Origin: a virus
Length of the DNA: 64,000 nucleotides
Virus record (IMG/VR): IMGVR_UViG_3300043392_000054
Coordinates: 1 to 64,000 of that record
Reading direction: 5' to 3' (one strand)
Below, piece by piece: positions 1 to 11,000 of this stretch; the stretch's first letter is position 1; each line of letters starts with the position of its first letter. The position numbers and the translations under genes are program-made. Under the pieces are notes generated by a model. The model was not told where the DNA came from. It saw only the letters and a list, made by a program, of their open reading frames with translations, and did not search any database.

Positions 1-2
1 AT

Positions 3-1673
3 GAATTAGGCGAATTAATCTTTTTTTATATTGAAGATTCTACAGTTGAACAAAATATTTTAACAGCACAGCAACCTGAATCGGTTTATGGTCTATCTAG
101 ATTAGCAGGTCATGACCCATATAGAGGTGCAAGTGCATTTGGAGAAATAGCAATTAGATTAAACACCACTGCAGCAAATGAAGTAGCTGGTGATTCATTA
201 ATTATACCTTCTAATTCTATTATAGTTTCTAATACAAATGGTCTTTCGTATTTAATGAGAACAAATTCGGACCAATTTAGAATTGATAAATCTAATTCTG
301 ATTATATTTTTGTACCTATTATACAAGGTAAATTAGAAACACAAACAGTTACTGCAACGGGTTTATCATTACAATCATTTAATATTATTACGCAAGGTTC
401 AACTGACCACGATAATGTTACTGTTTCAGTTAATGGAGAAAAATGGACTAAATATGATTCTCTATATGATATGAGACCTGATACAAGGGGTTATTTATTA
501 AAAACTGCCATTTCAGGAGGTTTAGATATTTACTTTGGTAATAATTCATTTGGAATGATTCCGCAGGCTGGGGCTGCAATTGATATATCATATATTGTAA
601 CTAAAGGAACTGCTGGAAATTTAATAGATGCAAAAGACCTTACATTTAAATTCCAAGCAGTTGGTTATGATTCGCTTGGTAATTCATATAATTTAAATGA
701 TATATTAGATTTAACGTGTACAGTAGCTCCTAGAATGGGAGCAGACCCTGAAGATATTAATTTAACGAAGTTAATTGCTCCTTTAGCATCTAAGTCATTT
801 GTTTTAGCAACACCAGATAATTATGAATATTTTTTATCTAAGTATGGAATGTTTTCTTATTTAGATGCATATAATACAACGGACGATGGATACTTAGATG
901 ATGACAATATCATTTATCTTTTTATGTTGCCCGATGTTAAAAAGAAATTACAATCAAATCAAGATTATTTTAGTCTTGCATTAGATGAATTTGTTTTTTC
1001 TCAAAATCAAAAGAATGCAATACTTGGTGTTTTAGAAGCTTCAGGTCAACAAATGGTAACTACTGAAGTTAAAATAGTTGAACCAAAAATTAAAAAGTTT
1101 AGAGTTGATATTAAAGTTAGATATTTTGAAGGATATTCTAAAACGGTTTTATTTAATAATATTAGAAACAAGGTATCTGAATATTTATTAAATATCACAA
1201 GAAGAGACCGTTTACCTAAATCAGATATTATTGCAGTAATAGAAGCTATTGAAGGTATTGATTCTGTTAACTTAAGATTTGTATCTCAGAGTGAAGAAGA
1301 TGCAAGAAGATTCGGTTATTATACAGTTACTAATACTATTGTTACTCCATCTACGCCAACTTTAGAAGACATTGGTAATGGTAAACAAAAATATGTTTTC
1401 TTTAAGAAAACCGTTAGAGAAACAATTGTTAATATTAATGATGGCGACCCTTTACCAGAATCTGTAATTGGTATGGATTCATTCGGAGATATTATTTTAG
1501 ATAAAGAAGAAATTGCTTTATTTAGAGGTGGATGGATGGATAGAAATGGTGCAACTGTCGTAGATGATGCTAAAGCTAATGAAATGGCAGCATTATCTGT
1601 TTACTTTGATGAGCCAGCTGTGCCTAATACAATATATAGTAAATTACAAACTAAAAATAGAAAAGCAATCTAA
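3..1673 (+). CDS. Baseplate wedge protein, T4 gp6-like (5' truncated by the window edge)
   Basis: The frame is open from nt 3 (ELGELIFFYIEDSTVEQNILTAQQPESVYGLSRLAGH...) into the tracked ORF at 255. The segments 'GADPEDINLTKLIAP...VLATPDNYEYFL' and the C-terminal 'IEAIEGIDSVN' resemble gp6/baseplate J. Confidence 0.7.
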   Translation, partial: ELGELIFFYIEDSTVEQNILTAQQPESVYGLSRLAGHDPYRGASAFGEIAIRLNTTAANEVAGDSLIIPSNSIIVSNTNGLSYLMRTNSDQFRIDKSNSDYIFVPIIQGKLETQTVTATGLSLQSFNIITQGSTDHDNVTVSVNGEKWTKYDSLYDMRPDTRGYLLKTAISGGLDIYFGNNSFGMIPQAGAAIDISYIVTKGTAGNLIDAKDLTFKFQAVGYDSLGNSYNLNDILDLTCTVAPRMGADPEDINLTKLIAPLASKSFVLATPDNYEYFLSKYGMFSYLDAYNTTDDGYLDDDNIIYLFMLPDVKKKLQSNQDYFSLALDEFVFSQNQKNAILGVLEASGQQMVTTEVKIVEPKIKKFRVDIKVRYFEGYSKTVLFNNIRNKVSEYLLNITRRDRLPKSDIIAVIEAIEGIDSVNLRFVSQSEEDARRFGYYTVTNTIVTPSTPTLEDIGNGKQKYVFFKKTVRETIVNINDGDPLPESVIGMDSFGDIILDKEEIALFRGGWMDRNGATVVDDAKANEMAALSVYFDEPAVPNTIYSKLQTKNRKAI

Positions 1674-1951
1674 TGCCAGTTAATAACTTACAAGACGGTT
1701 TATTTAAGGCTGATAAAGAGAGCTTATATGATTTTCAGCATACTATTAAAGACAATAGAAAAAATTTAGGTCGTAATTTTACAAAAGACCTATTATTTAT
1801 GAATATTTCAAAGTCTATTTATAGAAATGCATATATGAAAGACTTTGTCTTATTGCTTCAAAATATTTTAGTTAAATATGTATATGCCGTGACATATTTA
1901 AAAATTTTTAAATCTTTTACGGTAGATAAGAACTATAAAAAAGTTAGATAA
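1673..1951 (+). CDS. Hypothetical protein, 92 aa (baseplate region)
   Basis: ORF is tightly coupled to its neighbours (TAATG overlap at 1671-1675). Confidence 0.6.
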   Translation: MPVNNLQDGLFKADKESLYDFQHTIKDNRKNLGRNFTKDLLFMNISKSIYRNAYMKDFVLLLQNILVKYVYAVTYLKIFKSFTVDKNYKKVR

Positions 1952-1953
1952 GA

Positions 1954-4737
1954 ATGCTTAAATACCAAAACCTGAGATTTTTTGATGGTAATTCAGGTGA
2001 ACTTGATTTTTATTATGATGAAGAATCACAATATTGGTCAGGTACAGTATATATGCCTAAAGTTTCAGTAGGTTTATATGAGACTACAAACTTATTTATA
2101 TTTGAAGAAGTTATAACAGAATCTGGACATATTGAATACGTTAAACCTATTTCAGAAAACTCCGGAGAAGTTACATTTAGATTTGAATTTATAGACCAAG
2201 AAAATTCTAGTGATTCTATTTTTATATATGATGCCAAAGTTAATAAAGGAGGAAATTATGAAATAGATATTAAATCTGTTTTAGAACTTGCAATTCAAGA
2301 AAGTTCAATAAGTCAATCTATTACGTCATATCAAGAGTCTAATTCCAGTGTTGGAAATATTACAAAATCTATTGAATATAAAACAATAGGTGATTCATTT
2401 GATAAAAATGCAATTCATTGTAATATCGCAATTAATTCAGAATCTGAAGGTTTACATATTAGACTATTAAATATTTATGAAATAGTAGATGGTGTACAAG
2501 CTAGTCCTATTGCTGCAATTCAATTTTATGGAGAAACAATTGCCGAAGACGAAAGACTTGCAACACTTTTATCTAATATTGGTCTTTCTATTAACGAAGA
2601 AGATGGTCTTATTTTTAAAGATACCGATGTAAATGAATTAGCAACAGATTGGCAAATAATTAATAATAAAAGAAAGGAACTTCTTTTAGAGGCACATAAT
2701 ATTGCACCATTTATAGGAACTTATAAAGCTATTTTAAATGCTATTAAATTCTATGGTTATGATAATTTAACTCTTAAAGAATATTGGTTAAATATCAATG
2801 AGCAATCTTCTAATTTTGGAAAGTTATTAGCAGTTGCTGTTCCAAATCAAACTGAAAGGGGATTTTTAATCGATAAGGCAAGTAAAATTGAATTGCCTAA
2901 TTCTAATCATAAGAAAACTTCAAGATTTTCTTTACATTATAGAATTAATGAACCAACCGGTAAATTTGACGAGCATGATATTCCATTAACGGAAGAAGTT
3001 TCAAACTTTTCTCCTGATGAAATTTTAATTAAGCTATATGGCTTAAAAAGAAAATTACAAAAAGAATATTTACCGCTACAAGCAAAAATTGTAGATATTA
3101 CAGGAGATGCTGATTACTTTACCCAATTTAAACAAAGAGTTTGGAACAATCAACAAACTATCCAGGTTCAAGATTCTGGCGTAGAAGTTGATTTTATGAT
3201 TTGGCCTGAAAGACCTCTATTTATAGAAGATTTAAGAAAGGTCGACCCTATATTTAAAGAAAATACTAGCGATTATACAACATTAACCACTCCGGTTAAT
3301 ATAACTAATTTTTATGATACTTATTATAATAATGACCTTGACACATATCCAGAGTTAGGATATACTCCAATTGGATGTCCTATTATTTTAAAGGGAACTT
3401 CTCTTAAAAATACATGGGATGATTGTGATTTTACATGGGACGATGCTCATTCAGGAAGTAATGATTATACTGGCATTTCAGCAAGTTTATTAACTTGGGA
3501 AAATTGGTGGTATAGAGGTGTTTATGAAATTGAATGGATTATTACTGGTCCAAACGACTATACTTTTATTAAAAGAGACCTTATTCAAAATATTTATGAA
3601 TATGCCCATGTTTTACCATACACTGGTGAATATAGCGTTACATTAAATATGTATGATTTATATAATGCAAGGTCATACAGAACTAAAGCTAATATTATTA
3701 ACGTTAAATCTAAAGAAGTTGACGTATATGGTATTTATGAATATAAAGAAGATACTGTAATTTGGAATAATTACGATACTACTTATGATAAAGCTGGTGC
3801 AACATTTGACTTATTACAAGAAAATAAAACAGAATTACAAGATTTAGATGCTTCTTGGTATTTAACATTAGACCGTTCTAATTATATTAGTAATGAAGCA
3901 ACTGAAATACCTAAACAGTTTTCAACTGTTAGAAGATATGTTGACCCTAATTCTCCAGATGGATACGCTGAAACAACAGGCCCATATATTTGGAACTATT
4001 TAAAGGAACATACTTGGAATGATGGAGCACATATAACATGGGATATGACAAGAGTTGGTGCTGATTTAAATGCATCGTTCTTAATAGATGTTAGAGAGGA
4101 CCAAGCATATACAAATGGTACGCCATTAGTTATTGAATATACTAATCAATTAACTAAAATTACGTATTCTGATTCATATATTATTCAGTCTCCATACCCT
4201 GTAGATAATACTGATTTAGCTGCATGGCAAGCAATTGCGAATGAATTAAACGGTTTAAATTCTAAAGATTATCCTATCTTAAAGAAATTTATCTATAATC
4301 CGGTTTATAAAGATGCTGATAAAAATCAAACAGTAGACACTTGTAATTTTATTTTAGCATCGGCAATAGAATATTCATCTTCATACGATTTTGATGATGT
4401 ATATTTTGATAATGCAAATGGTGGAAATGTTTATGGCAAAATTCACTATAAGGGATATAATCCAACATATAATGATATTAGAATAGTGAGAAGCCATGAA
4501 AATATAGATTTATTAAATCACGTTACTTTTTCTTTTGATAGAACTAAAATGCCAGGTGTAATTACACAGCAATGGAAACTTAAGAATAACAGTAGAAATG
4601 AAGATGATATATACTATAATAATCAGTGGCTTACGTACTTATTTCCACATAGAGGAGATTATACTTTAGAGCTAGAATTAACTGATTGTAACGGTAACAG
4701 AAATAATATTACTAGAAATATTTTAACTATAAAATAA
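1954..4737 (+). CDS. Large virion structural protein, 927 aa (baseplate-associated)
   Basis: Long ORF in the structural operon with recurring W-D/N-x-x-x-T-W-D motifs. Function is inferred from context only. Confidence 0.5.
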   Translation: MLKYQNLRFFDGNSGELDFYYDEESQYWSGTVYMPKVSVGLYETTNLFIFEEVITESGHIEYVKPISENSGEVTFRFEFIDQENSSDSIFIYDAKVNKGGNYEIDIKSVLELAIQESSISQSITSYQESNSSVGNITKSIEYKTIGDSFDKNAIHCNIAINSESEGLHIRLLNIYEIVDGVQASPIAAIQFYGETIAEDERLATLLSNIGLSINEEDGLIFKDTDVNELATDWQIINNKRKELLLEAHNIAPFIGTYKAILNAIKFYGYDNLTLKEYWLNINEQSSNFGKLLAVAVPNQTERGFLIDKASKIELPNSNHKKTSRFSLHYRINEPTGKFDEHDIPLTEEVSNFSPDEILIKLYGLKRKLQKEYLPLQAKIVDITGDADYFTQFKQRVWNNQQTIQVQDSGVEVDFMIWPERPLFIEDLRKVDPIFKENTSDYTTLTTPVNITNFYDTYYNNDLDTYPELGYTPIGCPIILKGTSLKNTWDDCDFTWDDAHSGSNDYTGISASLLTWENWWYRGVYEIEWIITGPNDYTFIKRDLIQNIYEYAHVLPYTGEYSVTLNMYDLYNARSYRTKANIINVKSKEVDVYGIYEYKEDTVIWNNYDTTYDKAGATFDLLQENKTELQDLDASWYLTLDRSNYISNEATEIPKQFSTVRRYVDPNSPDGYAETTGPYIWNYLKEHTWNDGAHITWDMTRVGADLNASFLIDVREDQAYTNGTPLVIEYTNQLTKITYSDSYIIQSPYPVDNTDLAAWQAIANELNGLNSKDYPILKKFIYNPVYKDADKNQTVDTCNFILASAIEYSSSYDFDDVYFDNANGGNVYGKIHYKGYNPTYNDIRIVRSHENIDLLNHVTFSFDRTKMPGVITQQWKLKNNSRNEDDIYYNNQWLTYLFPHRGDYTLELELTDCNGNRNNITRNILTIK

Positions 4738-4747
4738 TTGTTCAACA

Positions 4748-5290
4748 ATGGCAAACATTACACAAATTTTAGGTACAGATAGCGTATCTTCATCAAGAGT
4801 TATCCTAAATGATAACTTTACAGCTATCAATAGCGATTTAGCTGATATTGCTAATGTATTAAATACAACAACTGAAACTATCACTTTAACTGGTGCAGCT
4901 TCTTTTGGTTCAGCTAATATTGCCAGCGGAAAAGTTACTATCAATGCCACGGCATTTACTTCAACTGTTCCAGTTATCGTTAATGCAGCATTAACAGCTG
5001 CAGCAGCATCTCTTAAATCAGTTAAAACAATTTCAACTGGAAATTTACCAGCTGCAAATTCATTTGTACATTCAATTTATAAAATTGGAACAGTTACATC
5101 TGTTACTCTAAATGTGGGTGATGCTGGACAAGAGATTGTTTTAGTAGCTGATGGAAATGATGTTACTGTATCTGCTACTAATGTCGCTGGAGCAACTGGA
5201 ATTACTATTTCAAATAACGGAGCCTTATCTCTTAAGTTTGCGGGTTCTAAATGGTATATTACAGGTTCTCACGGTTGTACAATCGTTTAA
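4748..5290 (+). CDS. Small virion/fibre-like protein, 180 aa
   Basis: The N-terminus ITQILGTDSVSSSRVILNDNF is typical of fibre/baseplate attachment segments. The body is Ala/Thr/Gly-rich and beta-strand-like. Confidence 0.5.
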   Translation: MANITQILGTDSVSSSRVILNDNFTAINSDLADIANVLNTTTETITLTGAASFGSANIASGKVTINATAFTSTVPVIVNAALTAAAASLKSVKTISTGNLPAANSFVHSIYKIGTVTSVTLNVGDAGQEIVLVADGNDVTVSATNVAGATGITISNNGALSLKFAGSKWYITGSHGCTIV

Positions 5291-5314
5291 TTTAAAACAC
5301 AATAACACTTATAA

Positions 5315-7282
5315 ATGGCAACTCCATTAATTAGAATACCACAAGAGCAAGGCGGAACTTTTTATGCTTTCTCTAGTGCTTCAAGAGATTTAACAAGGTC
5401 TTATTATAACCCAGATTTAAACTTTCAATTTTCAAAGTTTGCTTTGGTTAAAATACCTGTTGTTACAACTCCTAGCCCTGGAGCAACTAATAATTATATT
5501 CAATTTAAAAACCTATTTGATATAGGCGGAGATGCATACGACGATACCACTGTCGACAATGCTAATGTGCATTTTGCTCAAACTTTACAAAATTACGCTC
5601 TTAACTTAGAGCAATTAATTTTAACAGATAATTCATTTGACTCTGTATTATTAAAGTCAGATGCTGAAAAGATTTTCTTTAAATATTTAAATAGAATCGG
5701 TGCGTTTAGAGTTAGAAGCGCGACAAACCAAGAAGTAAGCAACGGATTTAGTAGAGTTATTGAACAAGACGATTCTACTTTAACAGGTTCTGAATACGAA
5801 AAAGTTATTAAATATGTTGGTAATATTGACGTATCTAATGATAAAAATTATGAGGGTGATACTTACAATGAAGTCTTTATTAATGTCCCATCAGCTGTGG
5901 GTTATACTCCAGAAGTATTATTAAAACAAGACGTATATAATACAGCTTCAAATTCATACGCTCCTCAAACAACAATAGAAGGTCGTTCTGGACAATCTCA
6001 TCCTGATGCAAACTTAAATTTAATTTCAATTGTTGATGATGCGAACGGTGAAATTTCTATTGATGAAAATGAAGTAGGAAGAGTTGAAAATGCAGTAGGT
6101 ATTGATTTTGCACCAGATGCATACGCTAAAATAGTAAATTCAACTAATTTAAACAATCTATTTGATTACTCAAAATTAGGAGGTGATTTTAGCTTTAATG
6201 CTATTTTAGTTTATTATGATATTTATTCTAAGTCAACTCCAGTAAATAGAGCTACTAACTTATATGGTGTTTTATTATTAGATAATTTTAAAGATGACCC
6301 TAATGTTAGTGGATGGTATATTCCAACTCAGACAAAATATAAGCCTAATGATATTACAGGACTTAATGGTAATGCATTTGGTTTAAAGCTTAATATCAAA
6401 TTTAACACTTCTTTAGAAAACGTAGGTGTTGAAAACAATATAAATGATTTCTCTACATTTGGAATGGACATCTTCTTAGATACCGTTTCAGCTTTAGATA
6501 ATGCATCTAAATTAATGCAAGATGCAAATCAAAAATATACCGATATTGCAAATAGAGTTTCTGAAGTAGAATCTTTAATGTTAACATCTGGTCAAATTAC
6601 TGATTTACAAAATCAGGTTTCTGCTCTTCAAATTGAAGTTCAAAATGCTAAATTAAATTATGCTAGCCCAACGGAACTTCTTAAAATGATTCAAGCTACT
6701 AATGCTAGAATTAATCAAATGCTTGATGGAACGGTTCCAACAAGTGTTCAATATAATATAGATGTCTTAAGACAAGGTGATGGTATTTTATTAGATAAAG
6801 GCGCAAAAGACAAAATCAAAATTACAAATAATGTAAATGGTTATGAGATTGATGAAGTCTTTAATTATGATATTGCAAATCAATCTTTTTTAAATTGGAA
6901 TATTGTTGATAAAATTAGTTCTTCTAATTTATATAATCCAGCAACTGCATCAACTACTGGTATTTGGGCTAGATTAAGACCTTTTACAAATAGACTTTCT
7001 ATTTACTTAGACTCTTCAAATGAGACTGCAAATGATATTAATATATACATAGATGATACAACGGTTAGTTGGAAAAAAGGTCAAGTTGTTAAAATTGCAT
7101 TCAATTCAATGCTAGATTTAGGCAATAGAAACCTTAAAATTTATACTAACAAAACTAATTCAAACGGTTGGGTTCAAGTTGCAGGATTTAATGCATCTGC
7201 AATGATAACTGAAAAACCTTATTTAGAACTAGTGTGCATCGATGAACAAAACAAGACATTTGAACTTGACATTTTAAGATAA
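5315..7282 (+). CDS. Virion structural protein, 655 aa, with a central coiled coil
   Basis: ORF track; heptad-like segment around ASKLMQDANQKYTDIANRVSEVE; structural operon context. Confidence 0.5.
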   Translation: MATPLIRIPQEQGGTFYAFSSASRDLTRSYYNPDLNFQFSKFALVKIPVVTTPSPGATNNYIQFKNLFDIGGDAYDDTTVDNANVHFAQTLQNYALNLEQLILTDNSFDSVLLKSDAEKIFFKYLNRIGAFRVRSATNQEVSNGFSRVIEQDDSTLTGSEYEKVIKYVGNIDVSNDKNYEGDTYNEVFINVPSAVGYTPEVLLKQDVYNTASNSYAPQTTIEGRSGQSHPDANLNLISIVDDANGEISIDENEVGRVENAVGIDFAPDAYAKIVNSTNLNNLFDYSKLGGDFSFNAILVYYDIYSKSTPVNRATNLYGVLLLDNFKDDPNVSGWYIPTQTKYKPNDITGLNGNAFGLKLNIKFNTSLENVGVENNINDFSTFGMDIFLDTVSALDNASKLMQDANQKYTDIANRVSEVESLMLTSGQITDLQNQVSALQIEVQNAKLNYASPTELLKMIQATNARINQMLDGTVPTSVQYNIDVLRQGDGILLDKGAKDKIKITNNVNGYEIDEVFNYDIANQSFLNWNIVDKISSSNLYNPATASTTGIWARLRPFTNRLSIYLDSSNETANDINIYIDDTTVSWKKGQVVKIAFNSMLDLGNRNLKIYTNKTNSNGWVQVAGFNASAMITEKPYLELVCIDEQNKTFELDILR

Positions 7283-7283
7283 C

Positions 7284-10200
7284 ATGAGCGCAAACAATTC
7301 AATTTCACAGCTATTAGAGCAATTTATAGAACTTTATAATAACTCTTTAGCCACATTTGAAAAAACAAATGAAGCAATTACAACAGATAAAGAATCAGTT
7401 GTAATAAACTTATATGACCCTGCAAATAAAGGGGTTAAAACTGTGCAAGTACCTTCATTTGGTTATTTAAAAAGAGAGATTGAAAGATTAGGAAATAATT
7501 TAAATGCTTTATCAGCTGTTGGAAATTCAACATCTAGCGTTAAATTAAAAGATGGTACCTATAGAAGAGTTTATTCTAGTAGATTAAATGGACCTGCTCC
7601 TAAAATTACTAGCGTTTATACACCTACTCAGTTTGGAACAAAAGCTAATCAGTTCTTTGAAGATTTTTTAAATCCTCTTTTAACTATTAGTCTAAATGTT
7701 AATGGTCAAATTCCATCTAATACTGAAAAGGTTTATACTGAAAGATATATTTTTGACAGCACCGATGCTGCAAGTTCTCAAGCATTTGATACTTTATATA
7801 AAGGAGCAAATACAATTGACTACACTTTATTTCAAAATGAATTAAAGCAAAATGGTTACAGATATACGTTAGACTCATCTGTAATTGATATGCCAGCTAG
7901 AACTGTTCAATATTTTGGTACATTTGATGTATTAAGTGTTGACAATGTTCAAAAAACGCAAATTGTAGATGGTGTTACTCAAACTGATACTGTTAAATTA
8001 TTTACACTTAATAAATTTACATATTCGGATTCATCTAAATCACTTAAAGAAACTGAAGTATTAAAAGTTGGCGATTCTTTAGTTGTTAACTCTGGTAATT
8101 TAGCAACAAGATACACTGTTAAATCTTTAAACAATAGTACTTATCAAGTTGAACTAGATTTAATTGAAGGATTTGAGCCTATTTTACTAGGAACTTCTCA
8201 ATTAAGAATATACAAAGAGATGGATATTCAAACTAACATTGAAATTAATGTTGCGTTTGACGAAAGACAAGTTATCTTTATTAAGGCCATTGACCCAGCT
8301 TCTAAAATTGAAGCTGAAGAGTTTTCTCCAGGTACTGCATTCTATTCAAATGAATTATCATTAACTCAAACCGATGGAACTATAATCACATTAGCTGATT
8401 ATTATAAAACAGAGGTTGCTGACTTTGGTCAATTCATCAAGAGTTTAAAATATGATTTTATTCCACCGGCTACAGTTGGTTTAGTGCCAGATGCACCTGT
8501 ATTAGATGTAAATAATTTTAAAGTTGTTCAAGTTAATACTCACTTAACAGACAATGACGCTACTAATAAAATTACTAAATTAAAATCAGATAAAGCAACA
8601 TCTGAACAAAATTTAAAAAAGTTAGATGAATCAATTGGTCAGAAGAGAGCTTCTATGATGACTAAAAAATATACATCTACTGTTGAAAGAGATAGAGACC
8701 AAAATGAATATAAGTCTTTAGTAGACCAAAGAGCTGCTGAGGCTTCATTATATTCATCTCTAGTATCTCAAATTAAATCAATTGCAGATTCTAATAACTT
8801 ATCAACAATAGCTCCCAAATTTAAAGTAAGAGGTTTCTGGTCTATTCCATTCCCTAAGAAATTAGCTAATTCAGTGTCTCAAGAAATTGTTCAATTTAAG
8901 ATTAGATACCGTTATGTTTCAGCAAATGGTAAAACTAGTCAAATTGACCAAATTACGTTTAATGATACAACAAATGCAACTACAAAAACTGCAGCTTTTT
9001 CAAATTGGAATGAAATTACAGGACCTGTTAGAAAAAGAGTTAAAGACGCAAACGGTAAATATTATTGGCAAATAGAAAATGAAGAAGATGCGCAAGCTGT
9101 TAACTTTAATTCATTAGATATTTCTTTACAATCTGGTGAATCTGTTGAAATTATGGTTAAATCTATTTCTGAAGCAGGTTTCCCAGTTACTCCAGTAGAG
9201 TCAGATTGGTCTTCTATTATTAAAATAGATTTTCCAGAAGGACAATTTACTGGAGATGCTTTAAAAGATACTATTAGTCAAAATGAATTAGAGGTAATTA
9301 AAGTTCAAGTTGACCAAGATTTATCAGCTACTGGAGTTTATAATCACTTAGCTGATTCATTTAATACTAATTCTAAATATTTTTCACATAATGCAACTTC
9401 GATTGCATCTGGATTTTTAACGAGTGAACAAAACCCAGTTAGTTTATTTGATAAACTTGTTGAAATGCAAGCTCAAATTGAAAAATTACAAGCACAAATT
9501 GCTGGAACTATTGGTGAATTAGCTATCATTATTGAAGACCAAGCTGGAAATCAAACAGTAGTAAATAATCACTCTACTGTTAAATTATTTGCAGGTTATT
9601 ATACTGATGAAATTACAACTCAATCTGATAGAAAGGGTGCAATTGTAACTAAAAACTTTAAGCTTAAATTATCAAATACTAAAGCAACTAATTTAGAATT
9701 AGTGGCAAGATTGGTTGGAGATAGAACAAAACAGACTTACGCTTCTGGTAATTCAACTGTATTAGGTGTTTCTCCAAGTGCTACAGCAGATGCAGAGGTT
9801 TTAGCAAATACTTATTATACAACTGAAGGTAAATATGATTTAGTTCCAATTCTATATCAAAATTTAGATACTGAATCGATTCAAAATAATCAATTCTTTA
9901 ATTCTATACCATATCAATCGGGTCAATTAAGAGGACAGTTTATTAATTCAAGATTCCGTAATTTAGCAAACGATGGAGACTTATATTCAATGGCTGCTCC
10001 AGATTTAACTGTTACAACTGGTGTTGATGATTTTGAATACGGTCTTTCTTATTTATTTGATGATGTTGCAATAAACCCAACTACAAGAGTAAGAAATTAT
10101 CAACCTGCTACTGAAACTGCATTTGATTCATCGACTGACGCAAACGCATTTATTTGGACAGGTTCATATACTAGTAATACGCCAAACGCTACTATCTTAG

Positions 10201-10949
10201 AAAAGCCAGCAGCATCACATGCTGTCACATCTACGATGTATGATAACGGTATTTTCTTACATAAAGACCATCCTCTTTTAAATAATGGAGCTATATCACC
10301 ATTGACGATTCAATCGCAAGGTTTAGTTTCAATGTCTAAGAACGCACCTAGAAGAGCTAATATGGAAGATGGAGGATTACAAAATCCATATAAAAGATTC
10401 TCATTTACAAATAAAGCTGGCACAGTAGTTACTAGAACTCTTAAAATGGCATTTGATTCTAATGACCAATATCTATTAGGTGGACATTCTTGCGGAGCTT
10501 ATTTATATATGGCTCCTTTAGAAAAAACTAGTCTAACAGTTAATGCTGATAACAAATTTGGAGTTAAATCTATTAAGCAAGGTATTACAAACGCTATTTC
10601 AATTGACTTAATTTTCCAATATAGAATGACAGATTATTATGGAGTTGCAGATACAACATTTGCTTCTACAACATCAGTAAATGAAACTGGTAGAGTTGGA
10701 GGTATTGTTAGTAACACTCTATCTAATATTACTTATTCTAAAAAATTAGGTATTGATATTTTAGATTCAGAAGGTAATTCATTCTTATTTGATGTTGAAG
10801 TGTATGCTAAATATAAGCAAGAGGGCTCATCCGCTACAAATGTTACAAATAGCATGATTGATACTTATAATTTACCAAGTTCTCACGCTAAGTATTTTAT
10901 CAATAGCAATGACATGTCTACACCCGGTGCTCTTAATGAAATAGTATAG
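7284..10949 (+). CDS. Large virion structural protein, 1221 aa
   Basis: ORF track; two coiled-coil stretches; structural operon context. Confidence 0.5.
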   Translation: MSANNSISQLLEQFIELYNNSLATFEKTNEAITTDKESVVINLYDPANKGVKTVQVPSFGYLKREIERLGNNLNALSAVGNSTSSVKLKDGTYRRVYSSRLNGPAPKITSVYTPTQFGTKANQFFEDFLNPLLTISLNVNGQIPSNTEKVYTERYIFDSTDAASSQAFDTLYKGANTIDYTLFQNELKQNGYRYTLDSSVIDMPARTVQYFGTFDVLSVDNVQKTQIVDGVTQTDTVKLFTLNKFTYSDSSKSLKETEVLKVGDSLVVNSGNLATRYTVKSLNNSTYQVELDLIEGFEPILLGTSQLRIYKEMDIQTNIEINVAFDERQVIFIKAIDPASKIEAEEFSPGTAFYSNELSLTQTDGTIITLADYYKTEVADFGQFIKSLKYDFIPPATVGLVPDAPVLDVNNFKVVQVNTHLTDNDATNKITKLKSDKATSEQNLKKLDESIGQKRASMMTKKYTSTVERDRDQNEYKSLVDQRAAEASLYSSLVSQIKSIADSNNLSTIAPKFKVRGFWSIPFPKKLANSVSQEIVQFKIRYRYVSANGKTSQIDQITFNDTTNATTKTAAFSNWNEITGPVRKRVKDANGKYYWQIENEEDAQAVNFNSLDISLQSGESVEIMVKSISEAGFPVTPVESDWSSIIKIDFPEGQFTGDALKDTISQNELEVIKVQVDQDLSATGVYNHLADSFNTNSKYFSHNATSIASGFLTSEQNPVSLFDKLVEMQAQIEKLQAQIAGTIGELAIIIEDQAGNQTVVNNHSTVKLFAGYYTDEITTQSDRKGAIVTKNFKLKLSNTKATNLELVARLVGDRTKQTYASGNSTVLGVSPSATADAEVLANTYYTTEGKYDLVPILYQNLDTESIQNNQFFNSIPYQSGQLRGQFINSRFRNLANDGDLYSMAAPDLTVTTGVDDFEYGLSYLFDDVAINPTTRVRNYQPATETAFDSSTDANAFIWTGSYTSNTPNATILEKPAASHAVTSTMYDNGIFLHKDHPLLNNGAISPLTIQSQGLVSMSKNAPRRANMEDGGLQNPYKRFSFTNKAGTVVTRTLKMAFDSNDQYLLGGHSCGAYLYMAPLEKTSLTVNADNKFGVKSIKQGITNAISIDLIFQYRMTDYYGVADTTFASTTSVNETGRVGGIVSNTLSNITYSKKLGIDILDSEGNSFLFDVEVYAKYKQEGSSATNVTNSMIDTYNLPSSHAKYFINSNDMSTPGALNEIV

Positions 10950-11000
10950 TCTCTCTTACTATGATTGATATATACTTATAACAATACATAGAAAAGTTTG

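Noticed and set aside
255-257. Start of the first gene at 255
   Set aside because: The frame is open back to nt 3 with gp6-like sequence, so the gene starts before the window.
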